A DNA stretch of 53,193 nt from Lachnospiraceae bacterium UBA7109 (GTDB lineage: Bacteria; Bacillota; Clostridia; Lachnospirales; Lachnospiraceae): positions 27,749-80,941 of the forward strand of contig DKYD01000104.1 in the NCBI GenBank assembly GCA_002492335.1, read 5' to 3'. The notes beneath the pieces were generated by a model that was given only the letters and a program-made list of their open reading frames with translations, was not told the origin of the DNA and ran no database searches. The position numbers were made by a program, and so were the translations under genes. Positions 18,363 to 27,231 of this stretch are shown one piece after another (the stretch's first letter is position 1; each line of letters opens with the position of its first letter).

Positions 18363-18491
18363 TTAACAAAACGCTCTAAACAGTCGATAAATAGGCTTTA
18401 AAACAGATTTCCATATTCTTCCTCCACCTTCTGTTTCTTGCATTTCTTTATATGAAAGTTCAGAAAGTTTTTTCTTTTCAAAACTTATCAT
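18363..18491 (-). CDS. double-glycine-leader peptide 3 (42 aa: MISFEKKKLSELSYKEMQETEGG|GRIWKSVLKPIYRLFRAFC); candidate inducing pheromone or third bacteriocin peptide
   Basis: Hand translation. AGAGAGGTGAG RBS. Leader LSELSYKEMQETEGG. The 19-aa mature part has net charge +5 and no acidic residues. It is the first gene of the peptide operon. Confidence 0.8.
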   Translation of the reverse strand: MISFEKKKLSELSYKEMQETEGGGRIWKSVLKPIYRLFRAFC

Positions 18492-18593
18492 ACTATCTCA
18501 CCTCTCTTTTCTAATTATTTCTTTAACTTTTACACTTATTCGAAAAAGCGATAATCTTAACCCGGGTACTTTTCTTAAGTGCTTGTGTTTTTG

Positions 18594-18795
18594 AGACTCT
18601 GATGGTTTGCGCAAATTAATCAGAGTACTCTTTAATTTATTATATAAAGCCGTTTGCAAGAGCAAACCTCTCTATACCGAAATATTTGCAATATATCGGG
18701 ACTAATTTCCACAAGAATTGTTTTAACTCTTGTTAAATGTGTGGTGGAACAGTCAATGGCTTCTCTCTATTTTTCAGAAAGGAGCAGCTATACCT
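18594..18795 (+). ncRNA. candidate IS110 bridge/seek RNA in the 5' non-coding end of the IS
   Basis: About 200 nt of non-coding leader upstream of the recombinase. It contains the hairpins GAGACTCTGA-N17-TCAGAGTACTC and GTTTGC-AAGA-GCAAAC. IS110-group elements are known to encode a structured guide RNA here. No covariance check was possible. Confidence 0.3.
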
Positions 18796-20058
18796 ATGAA
18801 AGTTGTTTATCAAACCTGCTGTGGTGTCGATATTCACAAATCTTTTCTCGTTGCCGCAATCATCAAAACCACTTCTGGAGTTCAACCTTCGTATCAAAAG
18901 AAGCGCTTCTCCACCTTCAACAATTCCATTCTTGAGTTTAAGAAATGGCTGTTGGACAATTCCTGTCGTGACATTTGTATGGAATCCACTGAAAAATACT
19001 GGATACCTGTGTTCAATCTTTTGGAAGACGAAATCAACGTCACCATCGCTAATCCCAAATGGGTGAAAGCTGTCAAAGGGAACAAGGACGATGCCAAAGA
19101 TTCCAAATGGATCGGGGACTTGTTCAGATTGGGGCTTGTTCCGGAAAGTTATATACCGTGCAAAGAAATCCGTATTCTCAGGGAGTTTACGCGATACCGG
19201 TATAAACTGACTTCCTGCAAAAGCAGCGAGAAGAATCGATTTCAGAATGCGCTTACTGTTTGTAATGTCGCATTAGATTCGGTTGTTTCCGATATCTTTG
19301 GGAAATCAGCCACCTCCGTCATCGATTATCTCCTTGAACAGTCCAACAATTCCATCAACCACGAAGAAATATCCTCCAGACTGCTTCGCTCACTCAAGAA
19401 GAAGTCCGAAAATGTCATTGAGTCCATCGAAGGGTATCAGATGACTGATTCCCAGAAATATCGTATGCGTCTTGTACACGCACACATGGATTATATCAGA
19501 TCTACAATTGTAGATATAGACTCAATGATTGATTTGTTGGTCGAACCTTATGATAATGCTGTCAAGCTACTATGTACCATCCCCGGAGTAGACCGCAATA
19601 GTGCGATCACTATTATCTCTGAGATTGGTACAGATATGACACAGTTTTCTAATTCCAAGCGTTTATGTTGCTGGGTGGGTCTGACTCCTGGTAATAATGA
19701 GTCTGCTGGTAAGAAGAAATCTGTCCGGATAACACGTGCCGGTGTCTACCTCAAACCTGCGTTGGTGCAAGTTTCCCATGCAGCCGTGAAATCTGACAAG
19801 TCCCCTTACTACAAAGCCAAATATGAACGCATCATGAAACGTCGTGAAAAAAAGCGTGCCATTATTGCGATCGTCCGGATGATCCTCACTGCCACCTATC
19901 ATATGCTGTCTACAGGCGAAGCGTGGAATTCCTCCGATCTTTACAAGATTGATATGCCTGAACCTCTTAAAGAAAAACCAAAAGAGAAAGCTATCAAACA
20001 AGCTATGAAGCTATTAATTGCTGAGAGAATCATTGAAGAACCCCTGTTAGTCACATAG
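18796..20058 (+). CDS. IS110-family transposase/recombinase
   Basis: N-terminus MKVVYQTCCGVDIHKSFLVA (DEDD/RuvC-like GIDVHK-type motif). C-terminal region ...LCCWVGLTPGNNESAGKKK..ITRAG... is typical of the family. AAAGGAG RBS upstream of ATG 18796. Confidence 0.92.
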   Translation: MKVVYQTCCGVDIHKSFLVAAIIKTTSGVQPSYQKKRFSTFNNSILEFKKWLLDNSCRDICMESTEKYWIPVFNLLEDEINVTIANPKWVKAVKGNKDDAKDSKWIGDLFRLGLVPESYIPCKEIRILREFTRYRYKLTSCKSSEKNRFQNALTVCNVALDSVVSDIFGKSATSVIDYLLEQSNNSINHEEISSRLLRSLKKKSENVIESIEGYQMTDSQKYRMRLVHAHMDYIRSTIVDIDSMIDLLVEPYDNAVKLLCTIPGVDRNSAITIISEIGTDMTQFSNSKRLCCWVGLTPGNNESAGKKKSVRITRAGVYLKPALVQVSHAAVKSDKSPYYKAKYERIMKRREKKRAIIAIVRMILTATYHMLSTGEAWNSSDLYKIDMPEPLKEKPKEKAIKQAMKLLIAERIIEEPLLVT

Positions 20059-20260
20059 CATTTTTCAATATATCAACCTTGTTTCAAAAGGCTATTATCT
20101 AATAGCTTGTTTAAGTGCGCCAGTTTTTGGCTGTCCTGTACTTTCTTTCACACTAATCCCCTTTTAATAATTTTAATATATTAGACGTTTGTGAAACGCC
20201 GAAAGATGCATAAATACAGTATTTTTTTGTTGTCAAAACAAATTCGACAACAACAAATAT

Positions 20261-20526
20261 CAGTTTCTTTCTCTTCTTGATGAATCCATTAACCTTAATG
20301 AAATTGTTCCTGTTTCTTTTGTTTCTCATTTTCACGCTCGCACCGGAAGACCTCGCAAACACCAGCTTTATCCTATGCTCAAAGTTCTTTTGATTCAGCG
20401 CATTTTCTCATTCCCAACAGACACTCTCCTGATTGTTTTTTGAAATATCCTCAGGAATTGCGTGATTTCTGCGGCTTTGATGTTGCACCAGATGGTTTAA
20501 AATTTACTCGTTTTAAACAGGAATGA
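20261..20526 (+). pseudogene. relic of a DUF772/InsH-N-terminal-type transposase (frameshifted and truncated)
   Basis: Reads ...HFHARTGRPRKHQLYPMLKVLLIQRIFSFPTDTLLIVF, then a frameshift in a T-run, then LKYPQELRDFCGFDVAPDGLKFTRFKQE*. Only about 88 codons remain. Confidence 0.6.
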
Positions 20527-20622
20527 TAAGAAGCAAAGAAAAATGTACTTTTCTTATCTTCTCCAAGCATATTTCCACAAAAAATTCCAGATACTGCAGA
20601 TTATCAAAACTCCATCACCCCA

Positions 20623-20652
20623 CAAAAAATAGACTAAAAACTTTGTTCAGTC
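20623..20652 (-). terminator. probable terminator after the histidine kinase gene
   Basis: Minus-strand bulged hairpin GACTGAAC-AAA-GTTTTTAGTC followed by TATTTTTT. Confidence 0.45.
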
Positions 20653-20703
20653 TTTAGCCTATCTGTTAACCACATTATTTTCCAGCTGTTTTCTGCGGAT
20701 GGT

Positions 20704-22089
20704 TTATTTATTCGATAAACGGTTATTTTTTATCCTAATTTCCGCATAAAATTGATTTTCTTCTTTTTTGTACAGAAACTCCCCGTTATATTTTTGAACT
20801 ATATTTTTAATATTTTTCAATCCAAAACCGTGGTTCTTTTTATCTTCTTTTGTTGTTTCAAAATTATTTCCACATAAGTTTTCTTCACTATTACAAGAAT
20901 TTTTTTCAATAATATATGTATATATCTTTCCTGTTTTTATGGTAAACGATATATATTTCTCTAAATCATTCACCTTTTCAACCGCTTCAATCGCATTAAC
21001 TATTAAATTTGAAGCAATAATCCCCATATCCCTATCAGAAATAATCAGATTATCCGGTACATATCCTTTCACTTCAATTTTACTTTTATTTTTCACAGGT
21101 AATAAATAATAGTTTAATATCACATTCACCGTCTCATTTCCCACATCATAATCATATTTGCTTATAAGATTTATCTCCTTTAACGTATCAGCAATATATC
21201 TTTCCAGTCCATAATAATCCTTTTTTTCAGAATAATTTTTCATTTGAATTAATTCTGCAATAATGTCATGTCTAAATTGCCGGGTTTTCTGTTCTTTTGC
21301 TAACAACACCTCAAAATGTTTCTTTTGCTGAACACTATATTTTTCCAGCATTTCATTCTCCAAAAAATATTTTTGTTGTACATTAAAAGAATAAATCATT
21401 AACAAAAACGCAACAAATATTATTCCTCCTCCAACCATCACAAGACCCAGTCCCAAAATACCTGGTTTTGTATTTAATACCTCCGCCAGTGAATATGTAA
21501 AAAAAGATAACATCGCTGTAATTATAAACAAGGGAAACGAAATTATAATATTCATCTTGGGTTTTAAAACAAATGCATTTCTTTCAAGTTTTCTCCCCAG
21601 GAGAAAGAAATATATCCATAATAAAGCGATAACCAGAGCCGTATAAACTATAGATATAATATTTGTATTGACACTAATAAAACACAAAAAAATATATTCT
21701 ATTACACTTTCTAATATTGTCAACAACGGAAATGCTATAAAAAATAAATTAATTGATTCTAACCATAACAAATGATATACTCCTGTAACATTTGCAATCG
21801 ATGCTATTAATGCCAACAGAAACGTTACATCTAATCTGTTAACATATATGATGCAAAGAACAGACGCTATATTTATGACTATCATAATTATATTTCTTCT
21901 GTATTTCTTATCGCTTCTTCTCTTTCCAAATATGGTATAATAAAATGATAAATATTCTATTATGATTGTTACATATAACAATAAATTCAACAAAACTTCC
22001 ATACTTTTATTTCCGTTCCAATCTTCTAAAATAACATCCTTTTCTTTCTTAATTCCACTCTTTTCAATTTCGACACTTATCAAAATCAA
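20704..22089 (-). CDS. AgrC/ComD/PlnB-type (HPK10) membrane sensor histidine kinase
   Basis: The N-terminal half has about 6 hydrophobic helices. The C-terminal ATPase carries NHGFGLKNIKNIVQKYNGEF. It abuts the LytTR regulator. Start is uncertain (TTG 22089 or ATG 22002). Confidence 0.85.
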   Translation of the reverse strand: MILISVEIEKSGIKKEKDVILEDWNGNKSMEVLLNLLLYVTIIIEYLSFYYTIFGKRRSDKKYRRNIIMIVINIASVLCIIYVNRLDVTFLLALIASIANVTGVYHLLWLESINLFFIAFPLLTILESVIEYIFLCFISVNTNIISIVYTALVIALLWIYFFLLGRKLERNAFVLKPKMNIIISFPLFIITAMLSFFTYSLAEVLNTKPGILGLGLVMVGGGIIFVAFLLMIYSFNVQQKYFLENEMLEKYSVQQKKHFEVLLAKEQKTRQFRHDIIAELIQMKNYSEKKDYYGLERYIADTLKEINLISKYDYDVGNETVNVILNYYLLPVKNKSKIEVKGYVPDNLIISDRDMGIIASNLIVNAIEAVEKVNDLEKYISFTIKTGKIYTYIIEKNSCNSEENLCGNNFETTKEDKKNHGFGLKNIKNIVQKYNGEFLYKKEENQFYAEIRIKNNRLSNK

Positions 22090-22771
22090 TTATTTTCTGC
22101 ACTACTTCTTTATTCCTTCGCCTTGATATTGGCACTTTCCCACCATTATTCATTTTTATATAGTGTTTATAAACATCAAGCACATAAAGAACATTTATAA
22201 TATAACTTCTATGTACTACAATAAAAATTCTTTCATCCAAATCATCCCATATAGTCTTCAAAGATTTATTACTTTCAAATACCTTGCCTTTAGAATATAT
22301 TTTCAAATAATCGCGGTTGGCTTCTATCACTTCAATTTCTCTTTGTTGTAAAAAGCAATCCTCACCTCTATATTTCAACTTTATCATTTCATATCCCGCT
22401 AAAGAAAGAAAAGCATTATCTAATGCCTCAAAAAATTCTTCTTTTTCAATTGGTTTAGTCACAAATCTTGTCGCGCCTATTTTAAAAGCTTCTTTAAATC
22501 GCTCACGTTTGCTTGTCAACATTATTATATTCGTTTCGATTCCTCTTTTAGCTAATTCTTTCGCAGCTTGGATACCATCCACCTCCGGCATATCAATATC
22601 CAACAAAATAATATTATAACCTTCTGACATTTCTAATAAATCCTTAGCAGAAAAACAACTATAAATATCATATGTATAATTTCCATTTTTTCTATATTGT
22701 TCCAGAAGTTCTTTTACTTCTCCATGCATTACCTTATCATCGTCACAAATCACAATACCCACATGCGCCAT
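22064..22771 (-). CDS. LytTR-family response regulator (AgrA/ComE/PlnC-like)
   Basis: Receiver domain (VICDDD...ILLDIDMPEVDG) plus a C-terminal LytTR domain (..FIVVHRSYIINVLYV..). Confidence 0.9.
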   Translation of the reverse strand: MAHVGIVICDDDKVMHGEVKELLEQYRKNGNYTYDIYSCFSAKDLLEMSEGYNIILLDIDMPEVDGIQAAKELAKRGIETNIIMLTSKRERFKEAFKIGATRFVTKPIEKEEFFEALDNAFLSLAGYEMIKLKYRGEDCFLQQREIEVIEANRDYLKIYSKGKVFESNKSLKTIWDDLDERIFIVVHRSYIINVLYVLDVYKHYIKMNNGGKVPISRRRNKEVVQKIIDFDKCRN

Positions 22772-22815
22772 TTCTTAAATTTCCTCTTAATATGTATTTT
22801 GTTCGAATCTTTTAT

Positions 22816-22844
22816 ATTATAGCAAAAAAGATAACGAAACACAA
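22816..22844 (-). promoter_or_regulatory. sigma-A-like promoter for the RR-HK operon (TTGTGT-N17-TGcTATAAT)
   Basis: Read directly on the minus strand about 45 nt upstream of the RR start. Confidence 0.5.
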
Positions 22845-22867
22845 ATCTACTCCATACATTAACTCAT

Positions 22868-22901
22868 CAAAAAGGCGCTGCAATTTTGCAGCGCCTTTTT
22901 A
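22868..22901 (-). terminator. rho-independent terminator of spoVG (symmetric, potentially bidirectional)
   Basis: AAAAAGGCGCTGCA-N4-TGCAGCGCCTTTTT. Confidence 0.8.
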
Positions 22902-22908
22902 TCACTTT

Positions 22909-23187
22909 TTATTCTATTACATCCGTCTCTTCACGTAATGCTTCTTCATATTTTTCAAGGATGATCTTCTGAATACGTTCTCTTGTTCCCGAATTAATCG
23001 GATGCGCAATATCTCTGTACTCTCCGTCCAGCGCTTTTTTGCTTGGCATAGCAATAAAAAGACCTTTTTCCCCTTCAATCACTTTAATATCATGTACAAC
23101 AAATTCTTCATCCATCGTAATAGATACCACAGCCTTTAACTTGCCTTCTTTTGCCACTTTACGTACACGCACATCTGTAATCTGCAT
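22909..23187 (-). CDS. spoVG: septation/sporulation regulator SpoVG
   Basis: [11 protein letters not shown]....[28 protein letters not shown] is the canonical SpoVG N-terminus. ATG 23187 follows GAAAGGGG. Confidence 0.92.
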   Translation of the reverse strand: MQITDVRVRKVAKEGKLKAVVSITMDEEFVVHDIKVIEGEKGLFIAMPSKKALDGEYRDIAHPINSGTRERIQKIILEKYEEALREETDVIE

Positions 23188-23217
23188 TGTCTGACAGCCC
23201 CTTTCCTGCAAGCCGCA

Positions 23218-24336
23218 CTATAGTGCATACCTCTCATTCTTTTCAACAACAACTTTCACACCATTTTCGCCTACATGACGCGTATTTGCTCTGATCGTAT
23301 CACGGCTTTCAACAATACAGTTCTCAATATACGTATTATCTCCCAGATATACATCATTTAAAATAATTGAGTTCTTGATTACACAATTGTTACCGACAAA
23401 TACTTTCTTAAAGATAACGGAATTTTCCACCGTACCGTTAATAATACTTCCACTTGCCACAAGACTGTTCTTTACAGTAGAACCAGGATTGTATTTTGCC
23501 GGCGGCAGATCGCTTACCTTAGAATAAATATCCGGATACTGCTTGAAGAAATAATTTCTTACTTCCGGCTTCAGGAAATCCATATTTGTCTGATAATAAG
23601 CTTCTACTGTAGAAATATTATTCCAGTAATCTTTAATCTTATATCCGTAGATATTCTTTAAATTCTTATATCTGATCAGGATATCACTTACAAAATCATA
23701 TCTTTCCTCTTCCGCGCTATGCTCAATAAGTTCAATAAGCAGTCTTCTTCTGATCACGTAAATACCAGTGGAAATCGTAGTCGCACTTGTAATCATCGGC
23801 TTCTCTTCGAACTCCTCAATCCGCATATTGTCATTCATTTTTACAGTGCCAAAGCGGCTTGCATCCTCACCCTGTGCAAGTTCCTTACATACAACTGTAA
23901 TATCTGCTTTCTTTTCAATATGATACTCCAGCACCTTATTATAATCCATTTTATAAATACCATCACCAGATGTGATAATTACATATGGCTCATGACATTT
24001 TTTCAGGAAATCAAGATTCTGATAAATGGCGTCCGCTGTTCCTCTGTACCAGTAACCATTGTCCATTGTAATGGTAGGTGTAAATACATAAAGTCCTCCC
24101 TGCTTTCTTCCGAAATCCCACCATTTGGAAGAATTCAGATGTTCATTCAAGGAGCGTGCGTTGTACTGCGTCAGCACCGCCACCTTCTGCACATGGGAAT
24201 TAGACATATTACTAAGCGCAAAATCAATCGCCCTGTAGCTTCCTGCAACAGGCATTGCCGCTACGGCACGCTTATGTGTCAGTTCCCGCATCTTATTACT
24301 ATTACCGCCCGCTAATATAAGTCCTACTGCTCTCAT
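23218..24336 (-). CDS. glgD: glucose-1-phosphate adenylyltransferase subunit GlgD
   Basis: Nucleotidyl-transferase fold with a degenerate N-terminal motif ([14 protein letters not shown]). Immediately downstream of glgC with a 4-nt overlap. Confidence 0.88.
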   Translation of the reverse strand: MRAVGLILAGGNSNKMRELTHKRAVAAMPVAGSYRAIDFALSNMSNSHVQKVAVLTQYNARSLNEHLNSSKWWDFGRKQGGLYVFTPTITMDNGYWYRGTADAIYQNLDFLKKCHEPYVIITSGDGIYKMDYNKVLEYHIEKKADITVVCKELAQGEDASRFGTVKMNDNMRIEEFEEKPMITSATTISTGIYVIRRRLLIELIEHSAEEERYDFVSDILIRYKNLKNIYGYKIKDYWNNISTVEAYYQTNMDFLKPEVRNYFFKQYPDIYSKVSDLPPAKYNPGSTVKNSLVASGSIINGTVENSVIFKKVFVGNNCVIKNSIILNDVYLGDNTYIENCIVESRDTIRANTRHVGENGVKVVVEKNERYAL

Positions 24337-25610
24337 GCCATTTCACCTGCCTTTATTAATGTCTCTCCGCTTTCCAGTACTCCATCCGGATAATCTTCTT
24401 TCACCGTCACGCCGCTGATTGCTGTATTCTTACCAATCTGAACGCCATCCGGAACCAGGGAGTTCTCTCCGATCGTAACAAGTCCGAAGGAATAAATTGC
24501 CGGTTTCAGCTTATTCGGCACATCGCTTCCGATTCCCAGTGTTACATTATCTCCAATCTTACAGCTTTCTGCAACGATAGATTTATCAATTACACAGTTT
24601 TTACCCACAACCGTATCGTTCATAATAATGGAATCCCGCACTACCGTTCCTTCTCCGATTGTAACACCGGATCCGATAATACAATTGTGTACTTCTCCGT
24701 AAATCTCAGAACCATTACAGATAATACTTCTCTCTATTACAGACTGTTCTGAAATATACTGCGGAGGAAGAATACCATTGGTATTGGTATAAATCTTCCA
24801 GAACTCCTCATAAAGATTGAATTCCGGAATGATATCGATAAGCTCCATGTTTGCTTCCCAGTATGAGCCAAGTGTTCCTACATCCTTCCAGTAACCATTG
24901 TACTCATATGCAAATAATCTCTGTCCGTTCCCATGGCAGTATGGGATAATATGTTTACCAAAATCACAGCCCGGCTCGTCCTTCAATGCAAGAAGCGCGT
25001 CTCTCAGCACCGGCCAGCTGAAGATGTAAATACCCATGGACGCCAGATTACTCTTTGGCTCCGGCGGTTTCTCCTGAAATTCCGTAATCTTTCCGTCATC
25101 GTCCGTAACCACGATACCAAAGCGGCTGGCTTCTTCCATCGGTACCGGCATAGCGGCAATTGTAATATCCGCATTATTCGCCTTATGATAATCCAGCATC
25201 ACTTCATAATCCATCTTGTAGATATGATCGCCGGAAAGAATCAGCACATAGTCCGGATTAAAGCTTGCCATATAATCCAGGTTCTGGAAAATGGCATTCG
25301 CCGTACCAGTATACCATTCGCTGTTCGTACTCTTCTCATACGGCGGAAGAACCGTAACGCCACCAATATTACGGTCCAAATCCCACGGAACACCTATACC
25401 AATATGTGTATTAAGCCGCAGCGGACGATATTGCGTCAGCACTCCGACAGTGTCGATTCCCGAATTAATACAGTTACTGAGCGGGAAGTCAATAATTCTA
25501 TATTTTCCTCCAAAAGCAACTGCCGGCTTGGCAACTTTTGCTGTAAGGACGCCGAGTCTGCTTCCCTGTCCTCCTGCCAACAGCATTGCTATCATCTCTT
25601 TCTTTCTCAT
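24333..25610 (-). CDS. glgC: glucose-1-phosphate adenylyltransferase
   Basis: [12 protein letters not shown]...[22 protein letters not shown] motif and a C-terminal left-handed beta-helix. Confidence 0.92.
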   Translation of the reverse strand: MRKKEMIAMLLAGGQGSRLGVLTAKVAKPAVAFGGKYRIIDFPLSNCINSGIDTVGVLTQYRPLRLNTHIGIGVPWDLDRNIGGVTVLPPYEKSTNSEWYTGTANAIFQNLDYMASFNPDYVLILSGDHIYKMDYEVMLDYHKANNADITIAAMPVPMEEASRFGIVVTDDDGKITEFQEKPPEPKSNLASMGIYIFSWPVLRDALLALKDEPGCDFGKHIIPYCHGNGQRLFAYEYNGYWKDVGTLGSYWEANMELIDIIPEFNLYEEFWKIYTNTNGILPPQYISEQSVIERSIICNGSEIYGEVHNCIIGSGVTIGEGTVVRDSIIMNDTVVGKNCVIDKSIVAESCKIGDNVTLGIGSDVPNKLKPAIYSFGLVTIGENSLVPDGVQIGKNTAISGVTVKEDYPDGVLESGETLIKAGEMA

Positions 25611-25851
25611 GTCATCACCCTTTCTAAAATGTCTCTTGCTTGAAGTATACCATATTTTTCTTCTTTAGTGAACATTTTTTACAAATAATTTTAATTTTCT
25701 GTTAACTTTTTATGAAATAATAACAAAAAATTTGGGTTGGTTTTTTTTGCATATATGTTTATAATATATGAAGGGGAAATTTACCATATTACAAATATGG
25801 CAAACTCTCTGAAAGTTCCAGGAATTAGTATAATAATAAGGAAGGGATTTT

Positions 25852-27231
25852 ATGTATAAAATTAATTTTAAAAAGCCTGTACATGTACATTTCATAGGGA
25901 TCGGCGGCATTAGCATGAGCGGCCTGGCTGAAATATTATTAAAGGAAGGTTTTACCATATCCGGTTCTGACAATAAGGAATCCGCACTGACCGATAATCT
26001 CGAGAAGGCCGGCGCCGCTGTCTTTTACGGACAGAAAGCTTCGAATATTATAGACGGAATCGATGTTGTTGTATATACGGCAGCCATCCATGAGGACAAC
26101 GAAGAATACCAGGCTGCCCTTGCGAAAGGACTTCCTATGCTGAGCAGAGCTGAACTTCTCGGACAGCTCATGACCAACTACAAGATACCGATTGCCGTGT
26201 CAGGCACCCATGGAAAAACAACGACAACTTCCATGCTGTCTCACATACTTCTTGCCGGGGACATGGATCCAACCATATCTGTAGGCGGTATTTTAAAAGC
26301 AATCGGCGGCAACATACGAGTGGGCAGTTCCGATATATTCGTAACCGAAGCCTGCGAATACACAAATAGCTTTTTACACTTTTTCCCAAAAATCAGTGTT
26401 ATTTTAAATATAGATGAAGATCATTTGGATTTCTTTAAGGATCTGGAAGATATCCGCTGCTCTTTCCGTGAATTTGCAAAGCTTCTTCCAAAAGACGGAG
26501 CCTTGATTATAAACGGAGAAATCGACCGTCTCGGCGAAATCACCGAAGGCCTTCCTTGCAAAGTCGTCACCTTTGGCTGTGACCACTCTATGAATTACAG
26601 TGCAGTGAATATTGCACATAACAGGCTGGGAGAAGCTTCCTTTGATTTCCTGAAAGACGGTGTATTTGTGGAGCGCATTTCCCTTTCTGTAAACGGAATC
26701 CATAATGTAACGAACGCACTGGCAGCACTGGCGGCGGCAGATCTGCTTCACATACCGGTGGAAACTGCCAGAAGAGGATTAAAGGACTTCACCGGAACAG
26801 ACCGGCGCTTTGAATATAAGGGCGAATTTAACGGTGTTACCGTTATTGATGACTACGCACACCATCCGACAGAAATTGCGGCCACATTAACCGCGGCAAG
26901 ACATTATCCGCACCGGGAAATCTGGTGTCTTTTCCAGCCGCATACGTATACCCGCACAAAAGCGCTGTTTCCGGAATTTGTAGAGGCGCTTTCCCATACG
27001 GATCATGTTATTCTTGCTGACATTTATGCAGCAAGAGAAACTGATACTCTGGGAATTTCATCAGAGGCAATTGCTGATGCTCTGAAAGAACAGGGCTGTG
27101 ATGCTTATTACTTCCCATCCTTTGAAGAAATAGAAGCTTTTTGTCAGGAGCATTGCCAAAAAGATGATATGTTGATAACTATGGGAGCCGGAGACGTTGT
27201 AAACATTGGCGAAACTTTGATTGGAAAATAA
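25852..27231 (+). CDS. murC: UDP-N-acetylmuramate--L-alanine ligase
   Basis: VHFIGIGGISMSGLAEILL, GTHGKTTTTSM, and a Mur ligase C-terminal domain. Confidence 0.93.
   Translation: MYKINFKKPVHVHFIGIGGISMSGLAEILLKEGFTISGSDNKESALTDNLEKAGAAVFYGQKASNIIDGIDVVVYTAAIHEDNEEYQAALAKGLPMLSRAELLGQLMTNYKIPIAVSGTHGKTTTTSMLSHILLAGDMDPTISVGGILKAIGGNIRVGSSDIFVTEACEYTNSFLHFFPKISVILNIDEDHLDFFKDLEDIRCSFREFAKLLPKDGALIINGEIDRLGEITEGLPCKVVTFGCDHSMNYSAVNIAHNRLGEASFDFLKDGVFVERISLSVNGIHNVTNALAALAAADLLHIPVETARRGLKDFTGTDRRFEYKGEFNGVTVIDDYAHHPTEIAATLTAARHYPHREIWCLFQPHTYTRTKALFPEFVEALSHTDHVILADIYAARETDTLGISSEAIADALKEQGCDAYYFPSFEEIEAFCQEHCQKDDMLITMGAGDVVNIGETLIGK

Larger units (their letters stand above)
18575..20129 (+). 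mobile_element. IS110-family insertion sequence (about 1.5 kb; boundaries approximate)
   Basis: An intact IS110-type transposase lies between two imperfect 19-bp direct repeats. These are TTAAGTGCttgtGTTTTTG (18575-18593) and TTAAGTGCgccaGTTTTTG (20111-20129), 1536 bp apart. Confidence 0.7.

Noticed and set aside
18555-18578. Direct repeat TCTTAA...TCTTAA (minus strand TTAAGA-N12-TTAAGA) upstream of peptide 3, considered as the LytTR regulator binding site.
   Set aside because: Only 6 bp are shared, and the repeat period is 18 bp rather than the roughly 21 bp (9-bp repeats with a 12-bp spacer) typical of AgrA/ComE/PlnC sites. One copy also overlaps the IS-flanking repeat. It is not supportable as an operator without binding data.
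20153-20362. 69-aa minus-strand ORF.
   Set aside because: It is antisense to the transposase relic, has K/R/N-rich low-complexity composition and no RBS.
11630-22771. The island as a lanthipeptide, sactipeptide or other modified RiPP cluster.
   Set aside because: No LanB/C/M, radical-SAM, YcaO or other modification enzyme genes are present. The peptides have at most one Cys each, which points to unmodified class II peptides.
20704-22771. An agr-type quorum-sensing system (AgrBDCA).
   Set aside because: There is no AgrB-like membrane peptidase and no AgrD-like propeptide gene next to the kinase and regulator. The GG-leader/PCAT route is the more consistent signal pathway.
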